Assembly: GCF_043080095.1 (NCBI RefSeq)
Contig: NZ_JBIBVE010000012.1
Span: forward strand, 73,367 to 97,366
Length of the DNA: 24,000 bases
Reading direction: 5' to 3'
Source of the DNA: Streptomyces sp. NPDC015127
Lineage (GTDB): Bacteria > Actinomycetota > Actinomycetes > Streptomycetales > Streptomycetaceae
Positions 1 through 8,042 of this stretch are shown piece by piece (the first letter of the stretch is position 1; each line of letters starts with the position of its first letter). A program made the position numbers and the translations under genes. The notes below the pieces were generated by a model. It did no database searches, had not been told where the DNA came from, and saw only the letters and a list, made by a program, of their open reading frames with translations.

Positions 1-1020
1 CACATGGCCCGCGACACCCGGCGGGACGGCGAGATACGGCAGGTCGAGCTCGACCTGCCCCGCCGCGGCACCGGCCGCGGCGACGCCCTGGCCGTCTCCG
101 CCCGCGTCGCCCCGCTCGGCTCGCGCCTCGTCCTCCTGCTCGTCGAGGACCTCACCGAGGCCCGCCGCATAGAGGCGGTACGGCGCGACTTCGTCGCCAA
201 TGTCAGCCATGAGCTCAAGACCCCGGTCGGTGCGCTCTCCCTGCTCTCCGAGGCGGTCATGGACGCCTCGGACGACCCCGAGGCGGTCATGCGCTTCGCC
301 GGCCGCATGCAGATCGAGGCGACCCGGCTGACCAACCTCGTGCAGGAGCTCATCGACCTCTCCCGCGTCCAGAACGACGACCCGCTGGAGGACTCCGAGC
401 CCGTGCGCGTGGACGAGCTGGTCGCCGAGGCCATCGACCGCTCCCGGCACACCGCGTCCACCAAGCAGATCACCATGGCCTCGAATGTAGGGGCGCCCGC
501 AGGGCTCGAGCAGGGTGGCGGTGGGCGACGGGCGGGGACCGCCGACCTCAGCATCTGGGGCAACCGCGGCCAGCTCGCCGCCGCCCTCGGCAACCTCGTC
601 GAGAACGCGGTCAACTACTCACCGGCCCGTACACGCGTCGGCATCTCCGCCCGCCGGGTCGGCGCACCCGGGGGCGACCTCATCGAGATCGCCGTCACCG
701 ACCAGGGCATCGGTATCTCCGAGAAGGACCGTGAGCGGATCTTCGAGCGGTTCTACCGCGTCGACCCCGCCCGCTCCCGTGCCACCGGAGGCACCGGCCT
801 CGGACTGGCCATCGTCAAGCACGTGGCCGCCTCGCACGGCGGGGAGGTCACGGTGTGGAGCTCCGAGGGACAGGGCTCCACGTTCACCCTGCGGCTGCCC
901 GAGGCGGGCGCCGCGCGGGACCGCTCCACCACCGGCCCGGATCGCGTCGACGAGGACGACGACCGGCCTTACGACACCGATCCGAATAGCGAAATTCCTG
1001 CCCCGGAGGTCCTTCCGTGA
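1..1020 (+). CDS. phoR: Sensor histidine kinase, PhoR/SenX3-like; the 5' end is cut by the window edge
   Basis: The frame is open from base 1. It carries an H-box 'FVANVSHELKTPV', an N-box 'LVENAVNYSP', G1 'DQGIGI' and G2 'GGTGLGLAIVKHV'. Its TGA overlaps the GTG of the downstream OmpR-type regulator (GTGA at 1017-1020). The position upstream of carD/ispDF/cysS matches the Streptomyces phoRP locus as I recall it. Confidence 0.8.
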   Translation, partial: HMARDTRRDGEIRQVELDLPRRGTGRGDALAVSARVAPLGSRLVLLLVEDLTEARRIEAVRRDFVANVSHELKTPVGALSLLSEAVMDASDDPEAVMRFAGRMQIEATRLTNLVQELIDLSRVQNDDPLEDSEPVRVDELVAEAIDRSRHTASTKQITMASNVGAPAGLEQGGGGRRAGTADLSIWGNRGQLAAALGNLVENAVNYSPARTRVGISARRVGAPGGDLIEIAVTDQGIGISEKDRERIFERFYRVDPARSRATGGTGLGLAIVKHVAASHGGEVTVWSSEGQGSTFTLRLPEAGAARDRSTTGPDRVDEDDDRPYDTDPNSEIPAPEVLP

Positions 1021-1697
1021 CCCGAGTGCTCGTCGTCGAGGATGAGGAATCCTTCAGCGACGCCCTGTCCTACATGCTCCGCAAGGAGGGCTTCGAGGTC
1101 GCCGTGGCGACCACGGGTCCCGAGGGACTCGACGAGTTCGAGCGCAACGGCGCCGACCTCGTCCTCCTCGACCTGATGCTGCCCGGCCTGCCCGGTACCG
1201 AGGTCTGCCGCCAGCTGCGCGGCCGCTCGAACGTCCCGGTCATCATGGTGACCGCCAAGGACAGCGAGATCGACAAGGTCGTCGGGCTGGAAATAGGAGC
1301 CGACGACTACGTCACCAAGCCCTTCTCCTCGCGGGAGCTGGTTGCCCGCATCCGCGCGGTGCTGCGCCGCCGCGGTGAGCCGGAGGAGGTCACGCCCGCC
1401 GCCCTGGAGGCCGGCCCGGTCCGGATGGATGTGGACCGCCACGTCGTCACCGTCTCCGGCGGCAAGGTCGACCTCCCGCTCAAGGAGTTCGACCTGCTGG
1501 AGATGCTGCTGCGCAACGCGGGCCGGGTACTGACCCGGATGCAGCTCATCGACCGGGTCTGGGGCGCGGACTACGTCGGCGACACCAAGACGCTCGACGT
1601 CCACGTCAAGCGCCTGCGCGCGAAGATCGAGCCGGACCCGGGCGCCCCGCGCTACCTGGTGACGGTCCGCGGCCTGGGCTACAAGTTCGAGCCGTAG
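1017..1697 (+). CDS. phoP: OmpR-family response regulator PhoP (RegX3-like)
   Basis: Receiver domain ('VLVVEDEESF', 'DLVLLDLMLPG', 'TAKD') followed by a winged-helix output domain ('LTRMQLIDRVWG...TLDVHVKRLRAKIE...VRGLGYKF'). The GTG start is preceded by GGAGG (1005-1009) and is translationally coupled to phoR. Confidence 0.85.
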   Translation: MTRVLVVEDEESFSDALSYMLRKEGFEVAVATTGPEGLDEFERNGADLVLLDLMLPGLPGTEVCRQLRGRSNVPVIMVTAKDSEIDKVVGLEIGADDYVTKPFSSRELVARIRAVLRRRGEPEEVTPAALEAGPVRMDVDRHVVTVSGGKVDLPLKEFDLLEMLLRNAGRVLTRMQLIDRVWGADYVGDTKTLDVHVKRLRAKIEPDPGAPRYLVTVRGLGYKFEP

Positions 1698-1761
1698 GCC
1701 GAAGACGGCTGACGGCTGACGGAAGACTGCAGGCCATCCGGACGCGGGCCCCGGCGGAACA

Positions 1762-1786
1762 GGCGCCGGACCTCGCTTCCGGCGCC
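1762..1786 (+). terminator. Short hairpin downstream of phoP
   Basis: GGCGCCGGA (1762-1770) pairs with TCCGGCGCC (1778-1786) across a 7-nt loop. There is no clear U-tract. Confidence 0.35.
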
Positions 1787-1819
1787 TGCGCACGCATCGA
1801 GCGCCTCCGGTACGCATAC

Positions 1820-1857
1820 GGGAAGGGCGCCCACCGCGACCGGTGGGCGCCCTTCCC
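1820..1857. terminator. Bidirectional terminator hairpin between the convergent phoP and lipoprotein genes
   Basis: Perfect 17-bp stem: GGGAAGGGCGCCCACCG (1820-1836) and CGGTGGGCGCCCTTCCC (1841-1857), with a 4-nt loop. It lies between the two stop codons (1697 and 1873). Confidence 0.6.
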
Positions 1858-1872
1858 GTTATGCCTGGTGCG

Positions 1873-2541
1873 TCAGTGGGCCGAGCCGTGCGACGCCGAC
1901 GCCGAGTCCGACGGGGTCGCCGCCTCGCCGCCCGCGGCCTCGCGCTGCTCGTCCTCGCCGGCCGGCGTGCCCGACGGCGACTGGCCGGCCGGCTGCTCGG
2001 CGGGCTTCTCGGCCGGCGGCTTGGGCGCCGAGGACGGGCCGTAGCCCTCGTAGTAGCCGGTGGCCGGGACGACGAACGCCAGCAGCTTCACGTCGCCGGT
2101 CTCGCTGAAGCGGAAGACGACCTCCTGCGTGCCGCCGTCCTCCAACGCCTCGCGGCCGCCCGCGATCACGGCGGACGCGTTGCCCTTGCCGCCGATGATC
2201 ACCGAGCCGCCGGCGGGGACGGTGACGGGGCCCGAGCCCTTGGCCGGCTTGAGCTCGACCTTCGCGTCGGAGCCCGGCAGCGTGATCGCTTCGAGGGTCT
2301 GCTGCTGGGTGCCGTCGTTGAAGACCGTGACGCTGACGACGGCCGGGCCCTTGGCCTCGGCGTCGGCCTGCGTGATGACGGTCCCGTTCTGGAGCTTGAG
2401 GTTGTCGACGGCCGTCGCGGCGTTGTCCGGCCTGACGCCGAGGGTCTGCGCGTCGTTGCCCGCACCGCAGGCGGAGAGCGAGGCGATCGAGAAGACGATG
2501 GCAGCGCCGGCGAGGGCACCGCGTCGAAGGCTGCTGCTCAC
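1873..2541 (-). CDS. Secreted lipoprotein, possibly LpqE-like, with a Pro/Ala/Glu-rich C-terminal tail
   Basis: GTG start preceded by AGGAG. Signal peptide with lipobox 'IASLSAC|GAG'. High GC3 in this frame. Being next to carD recalls M. tuberculosis lpqE (Rv3584) beside carD; that link is from memory. Confidence 0.7.
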   Translation of the reverse strand: MSSSLRRGALAGAAIVFSIASLSACGAGNDAQTLGVRPDNAATAVDNLKLQNGTVITQADAEAKGPAVVSVTVFNDGTQQQTLEAITLPGSDAKVELKPAKGSGPVTVPAGGSVIIGGKGNASAVIAGGREALEDGGTQEVVFRFSETGDVKLLAFVVPATGYYEGYGPSSAPKPPAEKPAEQPAGQSPSGTPAGEDEQREAAGGEAATPSDSASASHGSAH

Positions 2542-3145
2542 GGCGGCGGCATCTCCTAGGACGTACGGACTGTTGGACGGCTGTCACCGGCCTGTGGCGT
2601 CAGCTCGCGCTTAGGTTACCGAGCCGCTGGTCGCGCCCCGCACCCGACCCGCCCTTTGCCCGTACGGCCCGCGGGGCGGCGACTCGCGGCGGGCGGCGGC
2701 GCCGTGGCCGGGGTGGGTTTTCGGACGTCGGACAGGTGTTCCGATCATGTCGATACGCACGCCGTTCACATAACGCGGGTGATCAATTTTCCGGACCGTC
2801 ATGCTTTCCTTGCGAATAGCCCGAGGTGATCAATTCGGGATTCGGTGTCGCCGGGGGCCGTACGGGTGACCGATCCTCGAACGGACTACACGAACTCGGC
2901 CATCGGGAACCCGGCAAATCAGGACGTTCGGGCCCTTGGAAGGGGGGTGTGCGGTGTGTAACGTGTGCGTTTCTGTGTGCCCGCGCAGCCGCTCCGACCT
3001 GCGAATACCCCCCTCCACAAGCCGCCCGCAGCACGTTCGAGTCGCTGTTGTCAAGCCCCGAGATATGCCCTGACCTGCGAAAACGCCATTCAGAAGAAGC
3101 CGTATCCGTGTTACCCTGGATAGCCACGGAAGGGGTACCTGTCAC

Positions 3146-3628
3146 ATGACGTTCAAGGTTGGCGACACCGTGGTCTATCCCCATCACGGGGCCGCGCTGA
3201 TCGAGGCCATCGAAACTCGCCAGATCAAAGGCGTGGACAAGACCTACTTGGTGCTCAAGGTCGCCCAGGGCGACCTGACGGTCCGCGTGCCGGCGGACAA
3301 TGCGGAGTTCGTGGGCGTTCGCGATGTGGTCGGTCAAGACGGGCTCGACCGGGTCTTCGAGGTTCTTCGCGCACCCTACGCGGAAGAGCCGACGAACTGG
3401 TCCCGGCGCTACAAGGCAAATCTCGAGAAGCTCGCCTCCGGCGATGTCATCAAGGTCGCCGAAGTAGTACGTGACCTGTGGCGTCGCGAGCGTGAGCGCG
3501 GGCTTTCCGCCGGTGAGAAGCGGATGCTCGCAAAGGCGCGCCAGATTCTGGTGAGCGAGCTCGCCCTCGCTGAGAACACCAACGAGGACAAGGCCGAGGC
3601 CCTGCTCGACGAGGTCCTCGCGTCCTGA
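3146..3628 (+). CDS. carD: RNA polymerase-binding transcription factor CarD
   Basis: 160 aa starting '[25 protein letters not shown]', with a Tudor-like RID N-terminus and a helical C-terminal domain containing the conserved 'W' ('[11 protein letters not shown]'). A GGAAGGGG RBS precedes the ATG. It lies upstream of ispD/ispF as in other actinobacteria. Confidence 0.92.
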   Translation: MTFKVGDTVVYPHHGAALIEAIETRQIKGVDKTYLVLKVAQGDLTVRVPADNAEFVGVRDVVGQDGLDRVFEVLRAPYAEEPTNWSRRYKANLEKLASGDVIKVAEVVRDLWRRERERGLSAGEKRMLAKARQILVSELALAENTNEDKAEALLDEVLAS

Positions 3629-3922
3629 CGCACGATTGATGCCGCGGTGCCCGCTGACATGCTGGAACATCCAGCCTGTCGCCGGGCGCTGCGGCATGTT
3701 CGTCCACGGAGTGCCCTGCCGATGGGTCCATCGAGCGCCCGCCGCTCGAAACACCGCACCGTGCGCTGTTGTGGTGTGCCGGGCCCGGGCGGCTGGCGCA
3801 GACCAGTGTCACGGAAGGGTCCGGTCAAGGCGCCGCGCCCGGCACTCCCCCAACCTACGGCCGGGGGTATCCCAGGCCATACCCATGTCGGCCGAGGAAA
3901 CAAACCTGCCGGAGTGCAACCG

Positions 3923-4660
3923 ATGCCAGACCAACCACGCCCCCACCGCACCGCGGCCGTGATCCCGGCCGCCGGCCGGGGCGTGCGCCTCGGACCGGGC
4001 GCCCCCAAGGCCCTGCGCACGCTGAACGGCACGCCCATGCTCGTCCACGCCGTCCGCGCCATGGCCGCGTCCCGCGCCGTCTCCCTCGTCGTCGTCGTGG
4101 CACCGCCCGACGGCGCCCCCGACGTCAAGCGCCTCCTCGACGCCCACGCCCTGCCCGAGCGGACGGACTACCTCGTCGTCCCCGGCGGCGACACCCGCCA
4201 GGAATCCGTACGCCTCGGCCTCGACGCGCTCCCCGAGGGCATCGACATCGTCCTCGTCCACGACGCGGCGCGCCCGCTCGTGCCCGTCGACACCGTGGAC
4301 GCCGTCATCGAGGCCGTGCGCGACGGCGCTCCCGCCGTCGTACCGGCGCTGCCGCTCGCCGACACCGTCAAGGAGATCGAGCCGGCGCCCGAGGGCGAGC
4401 CCGAGCCGGTCGTCGCCACGCCCGAGCGCGCCAGGCTGCGCGCCGTGCAGACCCCCCAGGGCTTCGACCACGACACCCTCGTGCGCGCGCACGAGACCGT
4501 CACCGGCGACGTCACCGACGACGCGAGCATGGTCGAGCAGCTCGGCCTGAAGGTCGTCGTCGTCCCCGGCCACGAAGAGGCCTTCAAGGTGACCCGGCCG
4601 CTCGACCTCGTTCTCGCCGAGGCCGTACTCGCCCGCAGGAGGGTCACCGATGGCTTCTGA
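3923..4660 (+). CDS. ispD: 2-C-methyl-D-erythritol 4-phosphate cytidylyltransferase IspD
   Basis: '[14 protein letters not shown]...PKAL' P-loop-like motif, '[11 protein letters not shown]' and 'VQTPQGF'. I chose the ATG at 3923 (GGAG 8 nt upstream) because the upstream part of the 3647 ORF is Arg/Pro-rich with no coding look. Confidence 0.85.
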   Translation: MPDQPRPHRTAAVIPAAGRGVRLGPGAPKALRTLNGTPMLVHAVRAMAASRAVSLVVVVAPPDGAPDVKRLLDAHALPERTDYLVVPGGDTRQESVRLGLDALPEGIDIVLVHDAARPLVPVDTVDAVIEAVRDGAPAVVPALPLADTVKEIEPAPEGEPEPVVATPERARLRAVQTPQGFDHDTLVRAHETVTGDVTDDASMVEQLGLKVVVVPGHEEAFKVTRPLDLVLAEAVLARRRVTDGF

Positions 4661-5147
4661 GCCGCTGAATCTTCCCCTGGTGGGCATCGGCACCGACGTG
4701 CACGCCTTCGAGAAAGGCCGCGAACTGTGGTGCGCGGGCCTGCTCTGGGAGGACGCCGACGGGTACGGACTCGCCGGGCACTCGGACGGTGACGTCGCCG
4801 CGCACGCCGCGTGCGACGCCCTGTTCTCCGCCGCCGGCATCGGCGACCTCGGCGCCCACTTCGGTACTTCCCGGCCCGAGTGGTCCGGCGCCTCGGGCGT
4901 CAGCCTCCTAGCGGAGGCCGCCCGCATCGTGCGCGCCGAGGGGTTCGAGATCGGCAATGTCTCCGTTCAGGTGATCGGCGTACGGCCCAAGATCGGCAAG
5001 CGGCGCGACGAGGCACAGAAGGCGCTCTCGGCTGCCGCGGGCGCCCCCGTCTCCGTGTCCGGCACGACCACCGACGGGCTCGGCCTGACCGGGCGGGCCG
5101 AGGGGCTCGCCGCCATCGCGACCGCGCTGGTCGTGCGGACCACCTGA
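4650..5147 (+). CDS. ispF: 2-C-methyl-D-erythritol 2,4-cyclodiphosphate synthase IspF
   Basis: '[10 protein letters not shown]', '[16 protein letters not shown]' and 'GDLGAHF' motifs. The ATG overlaps the ispD 3' end by 11 nt, and an AGGAGGG RBS lies inside ispD. Confidence 0.92.
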   Translation: MASEPLNLPLVGIGTDVHAFEKGRELWCAGLLWEDADGYGLAGHSDGDVAAHAACDALFSAAGIGDLGAHFGTSRPEWSGASGVSLLAEAARIVRAEGFEIGNVSVQVIGVRPKIGKRRDEAQKALSAAAGAPVSVSGTTTDGLGLTGRAEGLAAIATALVVRTT

Positions 5148-5282
5148 TCCCGCTGCGAGGCATCGCCAGGCGCCGCCCGACGTGACAGGGGGACACAGGG
5201 CGACACCTGGCGATATCACGAGTTGCCCTGCGTTACCCACAGGGGGCGCGGGGCACTGTCCGGCGCCCACTACCCTTGTTGC

Positions 5283-6683
5283 GTGACTATTCGCCTGTAC
5301 GACACCAGCGCCCGGCAGATCCGTGACTTCACCCCCCTCGTGCCGGGTTGTGTCTCGATCTACCTGTGTGGCGCCACCGTGCAGGCCGCACCGCACATCG
5401 GGCACATCAGGTCCGGCCTCAACTTCGACATCCTGCGCCGCTGGTTCGAGTACCGCGGCTACGACGTGACGTTCGTCCGCAACGTCACGGACATCGACGA
5501 CAAGATCATCAAGAAGTCGGCCGAGCAGAACCGGCCGTGGTGGTCCATCGGCTACGAGAACGAGCGCGCGTTCAACGACGGCTACGAGGCACTCGGCTGC
5601 CTCCCGCCCACCTACGAACCGCGCGCCACCGGCCACGTCACCGAGATGGTCGAGATGATGCGCGGCCTCATCGAGCGCGGGCACGCGTACGAGGCCGACG
5701 GCAGCGTCTACTTCGACGTGCGCTCCTTCCCCGACTACCTGGCGCTGTCCAACCAGGACATCGACGACCTGCGCCAGCCCGCCGAGGAAGGCATCACCGG
5801 CAAGCGCGACCCGCGCGACTTCGCCATGTGGAAGGCGACCAAGCCGGGCGAGCCCGACTGGGAGACGCCGTGGGGACGCGGCCGCCCCGGCTGGCACCTG
5901 GAGTGCTCGGCCATGGCCCACAAGTACCTGGGCTCCGCGTTCGACATCCACGGCGGCGGCCTCGACCTGATCTTCCCGCACCACGAGAACGAGATCGCCC
6001 AGGCCAAGGCGTACGGAGACGACTTCGCCTCCTACTGGGTGCACAACGCCTGGGTCACCATGAGCGGCGAGAAGATGTCCAAGTCGCTCGGCAACTCGGT
6101 GCTCGTCAGCGAGATGGTCAAGAAGTGGCGCCCGATCGTCCTGCGCTACTACCTCGGCACCCCGCACTACCGCTCGATGATCGAGTACAGCGAGGAGGCG
6201 CTGCGCGAGGCCGAGTCCGCGTTCGCCCGCATCGAGGGCTTCGTGCAGCGCGTCGTGGAGAAGGCGGGGGGCGTCGTCGCGCCCGCCGACGACGTGCCGC
6301 TCGCGTTCGCCGAGGCCATGGACGACGACCTCGGCGTGCCGCAGGCGCTCGCGATCGTCCACACCACCGTCCGCCAGGGCAATTCCGCCCTGGCCGCCGA
6401 CGACAAGGAAGCCGCCGTGGCCCGCCTCGCCGAGGTCCGTGCCATGCTCGGTGTCCTCGGCCTCGACCCGCTCGACGAGCGCTGGGCGGGCGAGAGCGAC
6501 CGCGGCGACGACCTCCACGGCGTGGTCGACTCCCTGGTGCGCCTGGTGCTCGAACAGCGCGAGGCCGCCCGGTCCCGCAAGGACTGGGCCACCGCCGACG
6601 CCATCCGCGACCAGCTCGGCCAGTCCGGGCTCGTCATCGAGGACAGTCCCGACGGCCCCCGGTGGACCCTCGGAGCCCGCTGA
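5283..6683 (+). CDS. cysS: Cysteine--tRNA ligase
   Basis: Class I aaRS signatures 'HIGH' ('APHIGHIRS') and 'KMSKS' ('GEKMSKSLGN'), plus the Zn/Cys-binding 'GWHLECSAM'. The GTG at 5283 gives the usual 'MTIRLYDT...' N-terminus. The TTG at 5223 adds 20 residues that do not look conserved. Confidence 0.9.
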   Translation: MTIRLYDTSARQIRDFTPLVPGCVSIYLCGATVQAAPHIGHIRSGLNFDILRRWFEYRGYDVTFVRNVTDIDDKIIKKSAEQNRPWWSIGYENERAFNDGYEALGCLPPTYEPRATGHVTEMVEMMRGLIERGHAYEADGSVYFDVRSFPDYLALSNQDIDDLRQPAEEGITGKRDPRDFAMWKATKPGEPDWETPWGRGRPGWHLECSAMAHKYLGSAFDIHGGGLDLIFPHHENEIAQAKAYGDDFASYWVHNAWVTMSGEKMSKSLGNSVLVSEMVKKWRPIVLRYYLGTPHYRSMIEYSEEALREAESAFARIEGFVQRVVEKAGGVVAPADDVPLAFAEAMDDDLGVPQALAIVHTTVRQGNSALAADDKEAAVARLAEVRAMLGVLGLDPLDERWAGESDRGDDLHGVVDSLVRLVLEQREAARSRKDWATADAIRDQLGQSGLVIEDSPDGPRWTLGAR

Positions 6684-6777
6684 GCCGGCGGCGCGATGTG
6701 CCGCACGGACCCCCGGGCGGCACACTTCCTTACATACACACTTTTGTTTGAGCGAGCTTTACAGAAACAGGTAGGTC

Positions 6778-7725
6778 ATGGCCGGGAACAGCCAGCGCAG
6801 GAACCGCCGCACGTCCAACAAGAAGGGCGCGCAGGTCGGCAGCGGTGGCAAGCGGCGCCGCTCACTCGAGGGCAAGGGGCCGACGCCGCCCGCGTCCGCG
6901 CGCAAGGGACACGTCAAGAACCGCATCGCCAACGCCAAGGCCAAGCAGGCCCAGCGCCGTCCCGTCGCACGCCGCGGCGGCAAGGGCACCTCGGAGATGG
7001 TCGTCGGCCGCAACCCGGTCTTCGAGGCGCTGCGTGACGGCGTGCCCGCCTCCACGCTCTACGTCCAGCAGTTCATCGACAACGACGAGCGCGTCCGCGA
7101 GGCCCTCCAGCTCGCGACCGGCCGCGGCAACATTCACATCATGGAGGCGCCGCGCCCCGAGCTCGACCGCATGACGAACGGGCTCAACCACCAGGGCATG
7201 GTGCTCCAGGTCCCGCCGTACGAGTACGCGCACCCCGAGGACCTCGCGGCCGCCGCCTTCGACGACGGCGAGGACCCGCTCATCGTCGCCCTCGACGGCG
7301 TGACCGACCCTCGCAACCTGGGCGCGGTTGTCCGCTCCGTGTCCGCGTTCGGCGGCCACGGCGTCGTCGTGCCCGAGCGCCGGGCGGCCGGCATGACCGC
7401 GGGCGCCTGGAAGACCTCGGCCGGCACGGCCGCGCGGACGCCGGTGGCACGCGCCACCAACCTGACCCGCGCGCTGGAGTCGTACCAGAAGGCCGGCCTC
7501 ACCGTCGTCGGCCTCGCCGCCGACGGCGAGACCGAGGTCGGCGAGCTGGAGGCACTCGGCGGGCCCGTCGTGATCGTGGTCGGCAGCGAGGGCAAGGGCC
7601 TGTCCCGCCTGGTCGGCGAGACCTGCGACTACCTGGTCCGCATCCCGATGCCCGGCGGCGCGGAGTCGCTGAACGCGGGCGTCGCGGCGGGTGTCGTGCT
7701 CTACGAGGCGGCCAAGCGCCGCTGA
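6778..7725 (+). CDS. rlmB: SpoU/TrmH-family 23S rRNA (guanosine-2'-O)-methyltransferase RlmB with a basic N-terminal extension
   Basis: K/R-rich N-terminus, an L30e-like substrate-binding region ('GRNPVFEAL') and SpoU motifs ('[15 protein letters not shown]', '[12 protein letters not shown]', '[22 protein letters not shown]'). It lies downstream of cysS as in mycobacteria (Rv3579c/Rv3580c). Confidence 0.85.
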   Translation: MAGNSQRRNRRTSNKKGAQVGSGGKRRRSLEGKGPTPPASARKGHVKNRIANAKAKQAQRRPVARRGGKGTSEMVVGRNPVFEALRDGVPASTLYVQQFIDNDERVREALQLATGRGNIHIMEAPRPELDRMTNGLNHQGMVLQVPPYEYAHPEDLAAAAFDDGEDPLIVALDGVTDPRNLGAVVRSVSAFGGHGVVVPERRAAGMTAGAWKTSAGTAARTPVARATNLTRALESYQKAGLTVVGLAADGETEVGELEALGGPVVIVVGSEGKGLSRLVGETCDYLVRIPMPGGAESLNAGVAAGVVLYEAAKRR

Positions 7726-7728
7726 AGC

Positions 7729-7882
7729 GTTTGCCCGGGCCGTGGCGAGCCAGGGCAGGGGCCGTTGGCGGTTGCTGTGCGGGGGTGGTTTCCCCGGGGC
7801 GGGCCAGTGTGCCCGGGCCGTGGCGAGCCAGGGCAGGGGTTGTTGGCGGTGCTGTGCGGGGGTGGTTTCCCCGGGGCGGGCC
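7729..7882. repeat. Tandem direct repeat, two copies, about 78-bp period, GC-rich with internal GCCCGGGC/CCCCGGGG palindromes
   Basis: Copy 1 is 7729-7805 and copy 2 is 7807-7882. By eye they differ by two substitutions (GGCCG vs GGTTG) and one 1-nt indel. They sit in the rlmB-downstream intergenic region. Confidence 0.85.
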
Positions 7883-7891
7883 GCAGCGGTA

Positions 7892-7925
7892 CGTGCCCCG
7901 GGAACGCATGTGCTCCCGGGGCACG
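7892..7925. terminator. Near-perfect palindromic hairpin following the tandem repeat (possible rlmB terminator)
   Basis: CGTGCCCCGGGA (7892-7903) pairs with TCCCGGGGCACG (7914-7925), a 12-bp stem. The 10-nt loop (ACGCATGTGC) is itself partly self-complementary. There is no U-tract. Confidence 0.4.
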
Positions 7926-8042
7926 CGCGGATCGGGCAGACCCGGTAAAGGGCGGTCGAAAAGGCTCAAGAGGCGCGCTTGACGGGTCTCGGACAGATCG
8001 GGCCCGCCGGGGCCGTGCCCTAAACACACGTCACTCGGTTAG

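Noticed and set aside
1843-2587. 238-aa (+) and 242-aa (-) ORFs overlapping the lipoprotein gene
   Set aside because: Only the 1873-2541 minus-strand frame has an RBS, a signal peptide, a lipobox and a non-degenerate composition.
2764-2774. PHO-box-like GTTCACATAAC near phoRP
   Set aside because: It is a single 11-nt unit. Functional PhoP operators need at least two tandem direct-repeat units. It also lies downstream of phoP in an unrelated intergenic region.
3647-3922. Longer 337-aa version of ispD, and the overlapping 299-aa ORF at 3769-4668
   Set aside because: The upstream extension has poor codon bias and no similarity to the IspD N-terminus. The ATG at 3923 with GGAG gives the canonical spacing before the [12 protein letters not shown] motif.
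5148-5282. Possible T-box or riboswitch leader upstream of cysS
   Set aside because: The 135-nt region has no T-box 'AGGGTGGNACCGCG'-type motif or specifier/terminator arrangement. It shows only a weak 9-bp inverted repeat (ATCGCCAGG/CCTGGCGAT).
4908-6725. 605-aa ORF on the minus strand covering the whole cysS region, together with the 467-aa off-frame ORF at 5348-6751
   Set aside because: It is antisense or out of frame to a cysS gene with unmistakable HIGH and KMSKS motifs. The translation is Gly/Ala/Arg/Val-rich low-complexity sequence, typical of shadow ORFs in GC-rich DNA.
7729-7882. Possible CRISPR array
   Set aside because: There are only two directly abutting 77-78-bp units with a spacer of about 1 nt, no unique spacers and no cas genes. 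It is a tandem duplication, not a CRISPR array.
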